Shown one piece after another: positions 38,448 through 47,547 of a DNA stretch of 64,000 bases (positions are counted from its first letter, which is position 1; the number at the start of each line of letters is the position of its first letter). A program made the position numbers and the translations under genes. The stretch comes from an uncultured delta proteobacterium. GTDB lineage: Bacteria > Desulfobacterota > RBG-13-43-22. The notes beneath the pieces were generated by a model. That model worked only from the letters and a program-made list of their open reading frames with translations, was not told the origin of the DNA and did no database searches. The stretch covers positions 64,001 through 128,000 of the forward strand of contig CAWJJC010000003.1 in NCBI GenBank assembly GCA_963843145.1, in the 5' to 3' direction.

Positions 38448-39048
38448 ATGATTGCCTTTTTAACCGGTCAATTACGATTCAAATCTCCTGAATACAGCAT
38501 CATCGATGTACAGGGCGTCGGCTATCAGGTGGTTTTACCGCTCTCCTCCTTTTATGAATTGCCTCCTTTGAAAGAAGAGATTCAGTTGCACATCCATACC
38601 CACGTTCGGGAGGATGCGCTCAGCCTGTTCGGATTTTTGACCCTTTTGGAAAAGAAGCTTTTTTTATTGCTTCTGGAGGTGACCGGTATCGGCGCCAAGC
38701 TAGCCTTGAATATCCTCTCCGGCATTTCGGCGCCGGAGCTTTATCAGGCTTTAGTGACGGCCGACAGCCAACGGGTCCAGCGCGTGCCGGGAGTGGGAAA
38801 AAAGACGTCCGAACGCATCATCCTGGAACTAAAGGACCGGGTAAAAAAGATTGAAATTATAGCCCCGCCGCCGCCCGAGAGGGGAACCTGGGACCGGACT
38901 TGGGAAGATGCCCTTTCGGCCCTGCTCAACCTGGGCTATGGTCGTCCTTTGGCCGAAAAGGCCCTGGAATCCATCCGCCGACGAATCGGACTCCGGCGTA
39001 ACCCTGGAAGAACTGCTGCGTCGAAGTTTACGGTCTTTATCGCAATGA
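38448..39048 (+). CDS. ruvA: RuvA with a +1 frameshift near 38975-38979 (199 aa when corrected)
   Basis: [44 protein letters not shown]; normal C-terminus [15 protein letters not shown] lies in the shifted frame. Confidence 0.92.
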
Positions 39049-40100
39049 CGACTCCTCGCCTTCTGGATCTCGATAATCTGGAAGGGGAAGGGCAACTCGA
39101 AGTCGGGTTGCGGCCCCGGAGCCTGGATGAGTTTGTCGGGCAGGGCAAGGTGAAAGAAAATCTGAGGATTTTCATCGAAGCCGCCAAGGCCCGCTCTGAA
39201 GCGCTGGATCACGTTTTGGTCCACGGTTTTCCGGGATTGGGCAAGACCACCTTGGCCTATATCATTTCCCAGGAATTGCAGGTCAACCTGAAGACCACCT
39301 CCGGTCCGGTTATCGAGCGGCCGGGCGACCTGGCGGCGCTACTGACCAATCTACAACCTAAGGAAGTCTTATTTATCGACGAAATCCATCGGCTTAACCA
39401 TGTGGTCGAGGAGATTTTGTACCCGGCCATGGAAGATTTTCAGTTGGACCTCCTGATCGGGCAAGGGCCGAGCGCCCGATCCGTCAAGCTGGATCTGCCC
39501 AAGTTCACCCTGGTGGGGGCCACCACCAGGGCCGGGCTGTTGACCCCGCCCTTGCGCGATCGTTTTGGAGTCATCCTCCGCGTGGATTTTTATTCGCCGG
39601 AGGAATTACAGACTATTCTGACCCGCTCGGCGGCCATTATGAAGATCGCCGCGGAAGAGGAGGGGCTGTTGGAGATCGCCCGACGCTCCCGGGGTACGCC
39701 GCGGGTGGCGAATCGTTTGCTGCGGCGGGTTCGGGATTACGCCCAGGTCAGGGCGGAGGGCTGCATCTCGCTGCCCGTGGCCCGGGAGGCCTTGCAGATG
39801 CTGGAAGTGGATCGTTTGGGTCTGGACCGGATGGATCGGAAGATTCTGTTGACCATCATGGAGAAATTCAGCGGCGGTCCGGTGGGGGTGGATGCTCTTT
39901 CCGTGGGCTTGTCTGAAGAAAGGGATACCCTGGAGGATGTCTACGAACCCTTCCTTATTCAACTGGGTTTTTTAAACCGGACCCCCAGGGGTCGGATGGC
40001 CACCCCTTTGGCCTATAGACATTTTGGAAAAAAAGCGCCCGTGGAACTCCAGGGACTATTATTTGAGTCCGAGGAGGAAGAGCGTTCTTCGGCGTTTTAA
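39045..40100 (+). CDS. ruvB: Holliday junction helicase RuvB
   Basis: [48 protein letters not shown]; ATGA overlap with the ruvA stop. Confidence 0.96.
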   Translation: MTTPRLLDLDNLEGEGQLEVGLRPRSLDEFVGQGKVKENLRIFIEAAKARSEALDHVLVHGFPGLGKTTLAYIISQELQVNLKTTSGPVIERPGDLAALLTNLQPKEVLFIDEIHRLNHVVEEILYPAMEDFQLDLLIGQGPSARSVKLDLPKFTLVGATTRAGLLTPPLRDRFGVILRVDFYSPEELQTILTRSAAIMKIAAEEEGLLEIARRSRGTPRVANRLLRRVRDYAQVRAEGCISLPVAREALQMLEVDRLGLDRMDRKILLTIMEKFSGGPVGVDALSVGLSEERDTLEDVYEPFLIQLGFLNRTPRGRMATPLAYRHFGKKAPVELQGLLFESEEEERSSAF

Positions 40101-40138
40101 AAAACGGCAGAAACGATAACTCTTCAGGAGAACTGGCA

Positions 40139-40918
40139 ATGCATTCGCTGGCGGTGTTCAGTTTAAAGGGGGGGACCGGTAAAACCACCTTGAGCGTTTC
40201 CTTGGGCTGGATTTTAGCCGAAGAGGGGCTCCGGGTCCTGCTGGTCGATCTGGACCCCCAGGGACACTTGACGCATTATTTGAAGGCCGGACCCGCAAAA
40301 GATCAGCCGACCCTTTTTCAAGCGTTGATTCATGATCAGCCGATCAGCGGGGCCGTGGTCTCCACAAAAAATCCCGGGTTGCATCTTCTGCCGGCCAGTG
40401 AAGAGAATTTGTATTTAAACGAGGCCCTCATATCCAGACCCTGGAGGGAATGGAAATTAAGGGATGCCCTGGAGGCCGCCCAGCCCTTCCCCTATGATTT
40501 GGTGCTGCTGGACGTGGGGGGCAACTTGAACCTCATCACCTACAATGCCTTGCTGGCGGCTAACGCGCTGGTGATCCCTGTATTGCCCGATCTATTTTCC
40601 TACTTAAGCCTGAAGACCCTGTTTACCTTCCTGAAACGGACCGCCGGCCAGTATCAATATGCCTTTCAAATGATCTGGGTCCTGATCAATAAAATTAATA
40701 ATCATCGCCCGCTGGATCGGGAAAACCGGGACGCGTTACGGAAATATTACGGCAAGTTCTTGATGCCCGAAATGATACGGGAGGATCCTAAGCTGGTTCA
40801 GGCCTTGCGCCGGCAGGAGCTGATTACCCAATACGCCCCCGAGTCTATTGCGGCCAGGGACTTGAAAAAGGTGGCGCAATTCATTCAAAAGTCCTTTCTG
40901 CCGGATGTCGGCCGCTGA
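40139..40918 (+). CDS. ParA/Soj family ATPase (no parB alongside)
   Basis: Deviant Walker A KGGTGKTT, LLVDLDPQG, NALLAAN. Confidence 0.9.
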   Translation: MHSLAVFSLKGGTGKTTLSVSLGWILAEEGLRVLLVDLDPQGHLTHYLKAGPAKDQPTLFQALIHDQPISGAVVSTKNPGLHLLPASEENLYLNEALISRPWREWKLRDALEAAQPFPYDLVLLDVGGNLNLITYNALLAANALVIPVLPDLFSYLSLKTLFTFLKRTAGQYQYAFQMIWVLINKINNHRPLDRENRDALRKYYGKFLMPEMIREDPKLVQALRRQELITQYAPESIAARDLKKVAQFIQKSFLPDVGR

Positions 40919-40977
40919 AATTTATTAATAAGTTCATCCAATACAATCCAAACCTATCTTGATAAGGAGGTACTTCT

Positions 40978-41325
40978 ATGAACGACGTCTATGAAACCAA
41001 TGCCCCCCGGGAATTCCCAAACCCTAAGGCCCAGCCGGAAATCGACGAAAAAAAAGCCATCAAATTGGAAGGGATGAAAGTCTCCGAGCTTAAGGAAACG
41101 GTGGAACGCTGGAAGAAGGATATCTTAGATCGTATTCAGTTCCTGAAGGAAAATTATGACCAGGCCTTACAAGACAAGGAGGCCTTGACTTTGGAAGTGG
41201 ATAAAGGGAAGGCCGAACTGGCCGCTTCGGATTTCCGGGTCCAGGAACTGGAAAGACAGTTGGCCGATGTCTTGGAAACGTATAATAATTTACTCAAAGA
41301 AGTGTCCGGCGCTTTGCAGGATTAG
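40978..41325 (+). CDS. Hypothetical coiled-coil protein
   Basis: AAGGAGG RBS; heptad-rich L/E/K sequence. Confidence 0.8.
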   Translation: MNDVYETNAPREFPNPKAQPEIDEKKAIKLEGMKVSELKETVERWKKDILDRIQFLKENYDQALQDKEALTLEVDKGKAELAASDFRVQELERQLADVLETYNNLLKEVSGALQD

Positions 41326-41391
41326 CGGGCGGCCTTCCGGAAGGAACTTTTCATTTTTAAGAAATAGTTCCAGGACAAATCTAACCTGTTG

Positions 41392-41421
41392 GACGCTTCG
41401 CCCTTTTGGGTGGGCACCCCC
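41392..41421 (+). repeat. Partial copy of the dispersed repeat
   Basis: gacgcttcgcccttttgggtgggcaccccc versus 35385 gacgcttcgcccttttgggtaggtaccccc. Confidence 0.75.
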
Positions 41422-42564
41422 TTACAATCCCATCATCTTGGCCACGATGGTCTTCATGATTTCGTTGGTGCCGGCGAAGATGGACATGACCCGCATGTCC
41501 CGCCAGGCCCGGGCTATGGGGTATTCCTCGCAGTAGCCGTAACCGCCGTGGAGTTGGAGGCATCCGTCGGCCACCCGCTGGGCCATTTCGGTGGTCCAGT
41601 ACTTGGCCATGGAGACTTCGGTGACCACATTCTTGCCCTCCAGGTGGTCGGCGATCAGCTTATCGAGAAAGGTGCGCCCCAGCTTGATCTCGGTGGCCAT
41701 CTCCACGATCTTGAACTGGCTGACCTGGAATTTGGAGATAGGCTTACCGAAGGCGGTGCGGTCCTTCGTATATTTAATGGTTAAATCCAACATATATTCC
41801 GCCCCGGCGACGGCGCCGATGGCGCACATCAGCCGCTCCTGCTGGAGCTTCTGCATGAGCATGATGAACCCGGTGCCCTTGTATCCCAGCCGGTTGGCCT
41901 TGGGGATGCGGCAGTCGGTGAAGTACAATTCGGCCGTGTCCTGGCTATGCCAGCCGATTTTTTTGATCTTCTTCCCTTTTTCAAATCCGGGGGTACCGGC
42001 TTCCACCAGGTAGAGGTCGATGGCCTCATACGGGTTTTCGACCGCCGGGTCCCGGGCTACCAGCACCAACAAATCGCAGTTGATGCCGTTGCTGATAAAG
42101 GTCTTCTGGCCGTTCAGGACCAGTTCCTCCCCTTCTTCGACCGCCGTGGTCCGGATGGCCGCCAGATCGCTTCCCGTGTTGGGCTCGGTCATGGCGATGG
42201 CGGTGATGAGGTCCCCGGAACAGCAGCCGGGCAGGTATTTTCTTTTTAATTCCTCCGTGCCGAATTCGGTAATGTAGGGGACGACCACGTCGCTGTGCAG
42301 GGGGGCGGCCAATCCGCCGTGATTGGTCTTGGTCAATTCCTCACAGACGATGACGGAATAGAGAAAGTCCGCCCCGGCCCCGCCGTATTCCTCCGGGACC
42401 ATGGGGCAGAGAAAGCCCTGGTCGCCCATCTTTTTCCAGGCGCTTCGCGGGACGATCCCCGCCTCCTCCCATTCGTCAACATAGGGGATGACCTCTTTTT
42501 CAAAAAACTTCCGCAGGGCGTCGCGAAAGATGCGATGCTCTGCGGTGTATTGTAAGATGTCCAT
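41422..42564 (-). CDS. Acyl-CoA dehydrogenase
   Basis: AIAMTEPNTGSD, LNGQKTFISNG, LQQERL, QLHGGYGY, IFAGTNEIMK. Confidence 0.95.
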   Translation of the reverse strand: MDILQYTAEHRIFRDALRKFFEKEVIPYVDEWEEAGIVPRSAWKKMGDQGFLCPMVPEEYGGAGADFLYSVIVCEELTKTNHGGLAAPLHSDVVVPYITEFGTEELKRKYLPGCCSGDLITAIAMTEPNTGSDLAAIRTTAVEEGEELVLNGQKTFISNGINCDLLVLVARDPAVENPYEAIDLYLVEAGTPGFEKGKKIKKIGWHSQDTAELYFTDCRIPKANRLGYKGTGFIMLMQKLQQERLMCAIGAVAGAEYMLDLTIKYTKDRTAFGKPISKFQVSQFKIVEMATEIKLGRTFLDKLIADHLEGKNVVTEVSMAKYWTTEMAQRVADGCLQLHGGYGYCEEYPIARAWRDMRVMSIFAGTNEIMKTIVAKMMGL

Positions 42565-42670
42565 AGGCCCTCCTATTTCGAAAAATCAGAGAAAAATTTA
42601 ATGCCGCTCTCAAGAATTACGCCCCCTCCCTTGATGAGAGGGGGGGCTGGGGGGGGTGGGTGAAACCCGG

Positions 42671-43012
42671 TTATTCTCCAGCCTGGTTGATAATAACCGG
42701 ATACCGGTTCCCCTCCCGGTCATAAAAAACAACCTTCCCCGCTTTGTTCCAGAGGTTCTCATCCATACAGCAATAAAAGGCCTTGATTTCCCCCGGTTCG
42801 ATGCGCAGGTCCCCCGATGGCATGAGCTGGGCGAAGCGCTGGGTCCCCTCGGCCGTCTCCAGATCGAAGAAACTGGGCACGGAAACCGGCTCCCGGCCGA
42901 GGTTGGTGACGTGGATCTCGAGGTTCTGGTCAAACATCTTCAGGCCGCAGCAGGTTTTGAAGCTCAGGATGTCTTCGGCGGCCGAGTTCATGATGAGGCG
43001 GAATTTGAGCAT
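42671..43012 (-). CDS. Hypothetical protein (113 aa)
   Basis: ORF in operon orientation between the thiolase and acyl-CoA dehydrogenase genes. Confidence 0.7.
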   Translation of the reverse strand: MLKFRLIMNSAAEDILSFKTCCGLKMFDQNLEIHVTNLGREPVSVPSFFDLETAEGTQRFAQLMPSGDLRIEPGEIKAFYCCMDENLWNKAGKVVFYDREGNRYPVIINQAGE

Positions 43013-43054
43013 AGCCTACAGGTACTTTTCGAGTATCGGCCGGTCTTCCTTCAG

Positions 43055-43151
43055 GTCATTGCGAGGAGTGAAGCGACGAAGCAATCCCCCTGGTAACTTC
43101 CGACTTCCCCCAAGCGTATTCGGGGGATTGCTTCGCTTTGCTCGCAATGAC
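43055..43151. repeat. GTCATTGCGAG...GAAGCAATC palindromic (REP-like) element, complete
   Basis: gtcattgcgaggagtgaagcgacgaagcaatccccc ... gggggattgcttcgctttgctcgcaatgac. Confidence 0.85.
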
Positions 43152-43186
43152 GGGAGTGATGGCGGTTTTATTTCCACCCGTAGGCC

Positions 43187-44398
43187 TCAATTTTCATATT
43201 TTCCCACGATGGCGATGCTGCAGACGTTCATGAAGGGCACCCCGCCCAGATTGTGGGTCAGACCGAAGCGGGGATTTTCGATCTGCCGCTCCCCGGCCCG
43301 GCCGTGAAGCTGGAGGTACATCTCATAGAGCATGCGCAGACCCGAGGCCCCGATGGGATGGCCGAAGCATTTCAGCCCCCCATCCACCTGGCAGGGAACC
43401 CCACCCCCGTCCCGATTGTAGAAACCGTCCAAGGCGTCCTGGACGGCCCGTCCCCGCTCGGAGATATGGAGGTCTTCGTAGGTGACCAGTTCGGTGATGG
43501 AGAAGCAGTCGTGAAGTTCCATCATGCTGATTTCCCGACGGGGATCGGTAATCCCGGCTTCCTGATAGGCCCGCCGGCTGCAGACGTCGGTGGTCACAAA
43601 GTGGTCCCCATCCCATTGGTTGAAGCCCATTTCGGCTCCGCCGCTTAAGGCCAGTTGCAGGGCCTTGACGGTAATAAAATCTTTTCTCCCCAGCTCCTTG
43701 GCCTTTTCCACGGTGGTGACGATGGCGCAGGCCGCTCCGTCGCTCACCCCGCAGCAGTCGAAAAGCCCCAGCGGATGGGCGATGATGGGGGCGGCCATGA
43801 TCTGTTCCACGGTCACGGCCTTGCGCAGGTGGGCCTTAGGGTTCAGGACCCCGTTGGCGTGACTCTTGGCCGAGACCTGGGCCAGCGCGCGTTTCAGCTC
43901 CTGATCGGGAATCTGGTATTTAGCCGCGTAGGCGCTGGCTAATTGGGCAAAGGCCCCGGGGGCGGAGATGTTGGGAAACCAGAGCCAGTTCAAGGAGCCC
44001 AGTCCGGACCCCGGATTGGGGAGCCCCCCGTAACCCGTGTCTTTGAGCTTTTCCACGCCCATGGCCAGACAGATATCGTAGGCCCCGGAGGCCACGGCAT
44101 AGACCGCCCCGCGGAAGGACTCGGTCCCGCTGGCGCAAAAGTTTTCCGTCCGGGTGGCGGGGATCAACGGCAGGCGGAGGGTCATGGATAAAGGGAGGGC
44201 GCTCTTGCCCACGTTGATCTCCTCCATGCAGGTGCCCAGCCAGGCGGCTTGAATATCATCAGGCGTTATTCCGGAATCCTCCAGACACTCGGCGAAGGCC
44301 TCCACCATCAGTTCTTCGGCCCCCACATCCCAGCGTTCTCCAAAGCGGGTGCAGCCCATGCCGAGGATGGCAACTTTATCTTTGATACCGGTAGCCAT
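43187..44398 (-). CDS. Thiolase (SCP2-type acetyl-CoA acyltransferase)
   Basis: ENFCASG, ELHDCF, GHPIGASG, THNLGG. Confidence 0.93.
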   Translation of the reverse strand: MATGIKDKVAILGMGCTRFGERWDVGAEELMVEAFAECLEDSGITPDDIQAAWLGTCMEEINVGKSALPLSMTLRLPLIPATRTENFCASGTESFRGAVYAVASGAYDICLAMGVEKLKDTGYGGLPNPGSGLGSLNWLWFPNISAPGAFAQLASAYAAKYQIPDQELKRALAQVSAKSHANGVLNPKAHLRKAVTVEQIMAAPIIAHPLGLFDCCGVSDGAACAIVTTVEKAKELGRKDFITVKALQLALSGGAEMGFNQWDGDHFVTTDVCSRRAYQEAGITDPRREISMMELHDCFSITELVTYEDLHISERGRAVQDALDGFYNRDGGGVPCQVDGGLKCFGHPIGASGLRMLYEMYLQLHGRAGERQIENPRFGLTHNLGGVPFMNVCSIAIVGKYEN

Positions 44399-44446
44399 AA
44401 AACCCTCCTAATAAATTCTGGTTAAGAATAGTTTACTTCCCGGGCT

Positions 44447-44512
44447 AAATCCGAATTCCGAAATTCGAAATCCGAAACAAATTCAAATGACCCAAATTCA
44501 AAATTCAAAACA
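44447..44512. repeat. 7-nt periodic array (AAATTCG/AAATCCG family), single arm
   Basis: aaattcgaaatccgaaacaaattcaaatgacccaaattcaaaattcaaaa resembles the arms at 47313-47524. Confidence 0.8.
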
Positions 44513-44564
44513 TTCCTGCGTTAGCGATGGACAATTTAGGTTAGGTAATGTTTTTAAGTCCGGT

Positions 44565-47301
44565 TTAAAATTTGAACAATTTTTCAATGAGCTGGGACTT
44601 CATCAAATCCCCTTCAATCTTCAACTTGCCGCCGGTGAAAGCCTGCATGGCCGGGAGCTTGCCGGACATCAGGTTCAGGAAGTCGCCGTCGGCCATCTTG
44701 ATGGTGGTCGTGGGTTTCTCAGAGAGCCCACGGCTGACCTGGCAGGTGTTGTCTTTGATGGCGGCCACCCAATCCCCGCCGCCCGGACCGGAGATCCGGA
44801 ACTGAAAGACCACGTCCACCCCGGCGGCCTTTTCGACCTGAAAAGCCTGGGGGAGGCCGTCGAAGACCGACTGGACGGTCGGCCCTTCAGGCGCCGCGGT
44901 CGGGGCCTCCGGCTGGGAACCTCCGCCCATAAGCATGTCGCCGAAGGCCAGCGTGGTGTTATAGAATTCCTTGGCCCCCTCCAGGGAGTGGATGGCCTTC
45001 CAGTTTTTGTCAATATCCTCGATCGTCGGCAGGGATCGTCCCTCGCCGATCAGGATTCCCGGGCCGGTAACGACGGCGGCCTGGTTGAAATAACCCAAGC
45101 CGGCGTTGAAGACCCGGCCGGTCTCCCGGCACTGTTCGGAAGACAGGTAGAGAACCAGGGGGGCGACGAATTCGGGTTTAAGCCTTTCGAAGAGATCGGG
45201 GGGCAGGATGTCTTCCGTCAACCGGGTGGCGGCCACCGGGGCCACGGTGTTGACCCTGATGTTGTATTTTTCCCCTTCCAGCTTCAGGGTGTTCATCATC
45301 CCCAGCAGGGCCAGCTTGGCCGCCGAGTAATTGGACTTGGCCGAAGTTGCCGAACAGACCGGCAGCGGAGGTGGTGAGGATGATCCGCCCGTATTTCTGC
45401 TCCCGCATTTGCCGGAAGGCCGGCCGGGTGACGTAATAAGCCCCATCCAAATGGACGGAGAGGACCTGATTCCAGTCCTCAGGACCCATTTTAAGCAGGG
45501 TCTTATCCCGCAGGATCCCGGCATTGTTGATGACGATATCCACCCGGCCGAAGGCCTCGACGGCTTGCCGGATGAGGGCCTCCCCGCCCTCGGGAGTGGA
45601 AACGGAGTCGCAGTTGGCCACGGCCTCCCCCCCGGCCGCCCGGATCTCCTCGACCACCCGGTCGGCCGGGCCGGCGGAACCGGCGCCGGAACCGTCCCGG
45701 GCCCCGCCCAAATCATTGACAACCACCTTGGCCCCCCGGGCAGCCAGCTCCAGGGCGTAGGTCCGACCCAAACCGGCCCCGGCCCCGGTCACGACGGCCA
45801 CCTGACCGTCAAAGCGGATGCCGGCCGGTTTTTCTTCTTTTACCGGTGGCTTAACCGGCAGAGGCACGGCCTTCCAGAAATAACCGGAGAACCCGCGGTC
45901 CTTGTCGGTGTACCTCTTCCGGAAAGAGAGCCGGACCGGCTGGCCGACCCAGACCTCGGCCAGTTCGCAATCGGTAAAATCGGCCATGAATCGTCCCCCG
46001 TCATCGAACTGGATCATGCCGTAGACCGCCGGCGGGTCGAGGGAAACCGTCAGCAGGTCTCCGGTAAAGGTCTTGATAAAGGCTGATTTTTGGGCAAACT
46101 CGTAATCTTCCTGGGTGTAGAATTTACGGCAGTCCGGGTTGACGCAGATATCCATTTTAGGAAACTGAGGGGTGCCGCAAGCCGTGCACCGGCCGCCCAC
46201 CAGCCCGAGGATCATCTGCCGCTTCCGGTAGAGGACGGTCATGGCCGTCTGGGTGGGGGCCTCGGCCCGGATCCCCATCTCGGTCTGAATCAGGTCCCGG
46301 AACTTCAGGAACTTGGGATAATTGTCGACCGTCTTTTTGTGCTTTAAGGACCCTTCAATCCCCTTTCGGGGGGGCAGTTTTTTGATGTTCTCGGTCACCC
46401 GGAAATACAGCGCGTCGCACCCCTGTCCGAAGCCCGCCAGCAGGATCCGCTCTCCGGGCTTGGCCTGTTCCAGGGCCTGGGTGAACAGGACCAGGGGATG
46501 CGCGGCGCCGGTCTCCCCGCAGACCTCGTGGAGGTTGTCCTGGACTTTTTCCGGAGGGGCCCCTAGTTTCTTGGCGATGTTGCGGTGTTCGGCCTTGAAG
46601 AAGCAGGGAAAGACCAGCTTGTCCACCTCGTCCATGGTGATGGACAGCTTTTGAAAAAGACCGTTGACCGCCCTGGGAATGATCTTGGCATACCCTTCGT
46701 CCCGGACCCAACGTTCCTCCCACATATAATCATATTTATTTTGAGCGCCGCGATAATGATCGACAAAATCCAGGGAGAGGGTCTCGGAACCTAAGAATTC
46801 GGCAATCACCCCGGTGCTGCCCACCAGGAGCGAAGCGGCCCCGTCGCCGAACCACATCTCATAAAAATAGGCGGCCTTGGCCTCCCGCTTGTCGGCCGCG
46901 GTTACCAGGATACTTTTTGGGTTCCCTTCCCGGAGGGAATTCAAGGCGGTAAGGAGCGCGCTGGTGCCGGAACGGAGGGAGGCGGTGATATCCTGGGCCT
47001 GGATGTCATCCCGAAGGTTCAGGGCCGTTTTGACAATGCCGGCGTTGAGGCGGTCGCTAAAGGGCAGGGTGGTGGAGCACAGGTAGATCGCCTCCACAGT
47101 CGATTTATCCATTCCCGTCAGACAGTCCTGCGAGGCGGCTACGGCCATGGTCAGGCTGTCTTCATCCCAGTTGCAGAAAGACCGTTCCCCCTGGGCGACC
47201 ATGACGATGGCCGGGGCAAGCCAGCCCATTTCCTGAAAGATGCTCATGCGGTTAAGACGGAGCCGGGGAAGGTAGCCGCCGTAGGATATGATGCCGATCA
47301 T
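44565..47301 (-). CDS. Multidomain protein: HMG-CoA-synthase-like + DUF35 zinc-ribbon/OB-fold + SDR + SCP2; +1 frameshift at 45337-45338 (911 aa when corrected)
   Basis: DEDSLTMA, GDGAASL, CTACG..CVNPDC, FWKAVP, TGAGAGLG, NNAG; GNFGQ continues as SNYSAAK after removing one base; LKIEGDLM SCP2 end. Confidence 0.85.
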
Positions 47302-47312
47302 GGGACCTCCTT

Positions 47313-47524
47313 AAAATTCAAATTCGAAATTCGAAGCACGAAGCACGAAACAGAAAACAATATTCAAGATTCAAATGACCGAAACAATTTCACCTCCCGA
47401 TCAGAAATAGGGCGAATTTCATATTTCTAATGGTGGCCGCGGTGGTTTAAGATCCGGGGGTTTCGGATTTCGAATTTTGGTCATTTGAATTTGTTTCGAA
47501 TTTCGAATTTCGAATTTCGAGTTT
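47313..47524. repeat. Inverted pair of 7-nt periodic arrays around a ~70-bp spacer
   Basis: aaattcgaaattcgaagcacgaagcacgaaac...caaatgaccgaaac faces tttcggatttcgaattttggtcatttgaatttgtttcgaatttcgaatttcgaatttcga. Confidence 0.85.
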
Positions 47525-47547
47525 AGCTAAAGAATCTAAAGCCTGGT

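Noticed and set aside
38448-40100. 550-aa RuvA-RuvB fusion in the ORF track
   Set aside because: The normal RuvA C-terminus and stop are intact in the shifted frame and overlap the ruvB ATG; one extra C explains the fusion.
42621-42663. C-rich/G-rich palindromes here and at 20027-20070 and 17162-17190 as one repeat family
   Set aside because: They are low-complexity hairpins that I could not align convincingly; they may be degenerate REP-like elements or terminators.
44565-47301. Two separate overlapping genes or programmed frameshifting
   Set aside because: The break falls inside the SDR catalytic region, the paralogue next door is continuous, and there is no slippery sequence.
47313-47524. 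Heptamer arrays as CRISPR arrays
   Set aside because: No constant 23-47-bp repeats with unique spacers and no cas genes.
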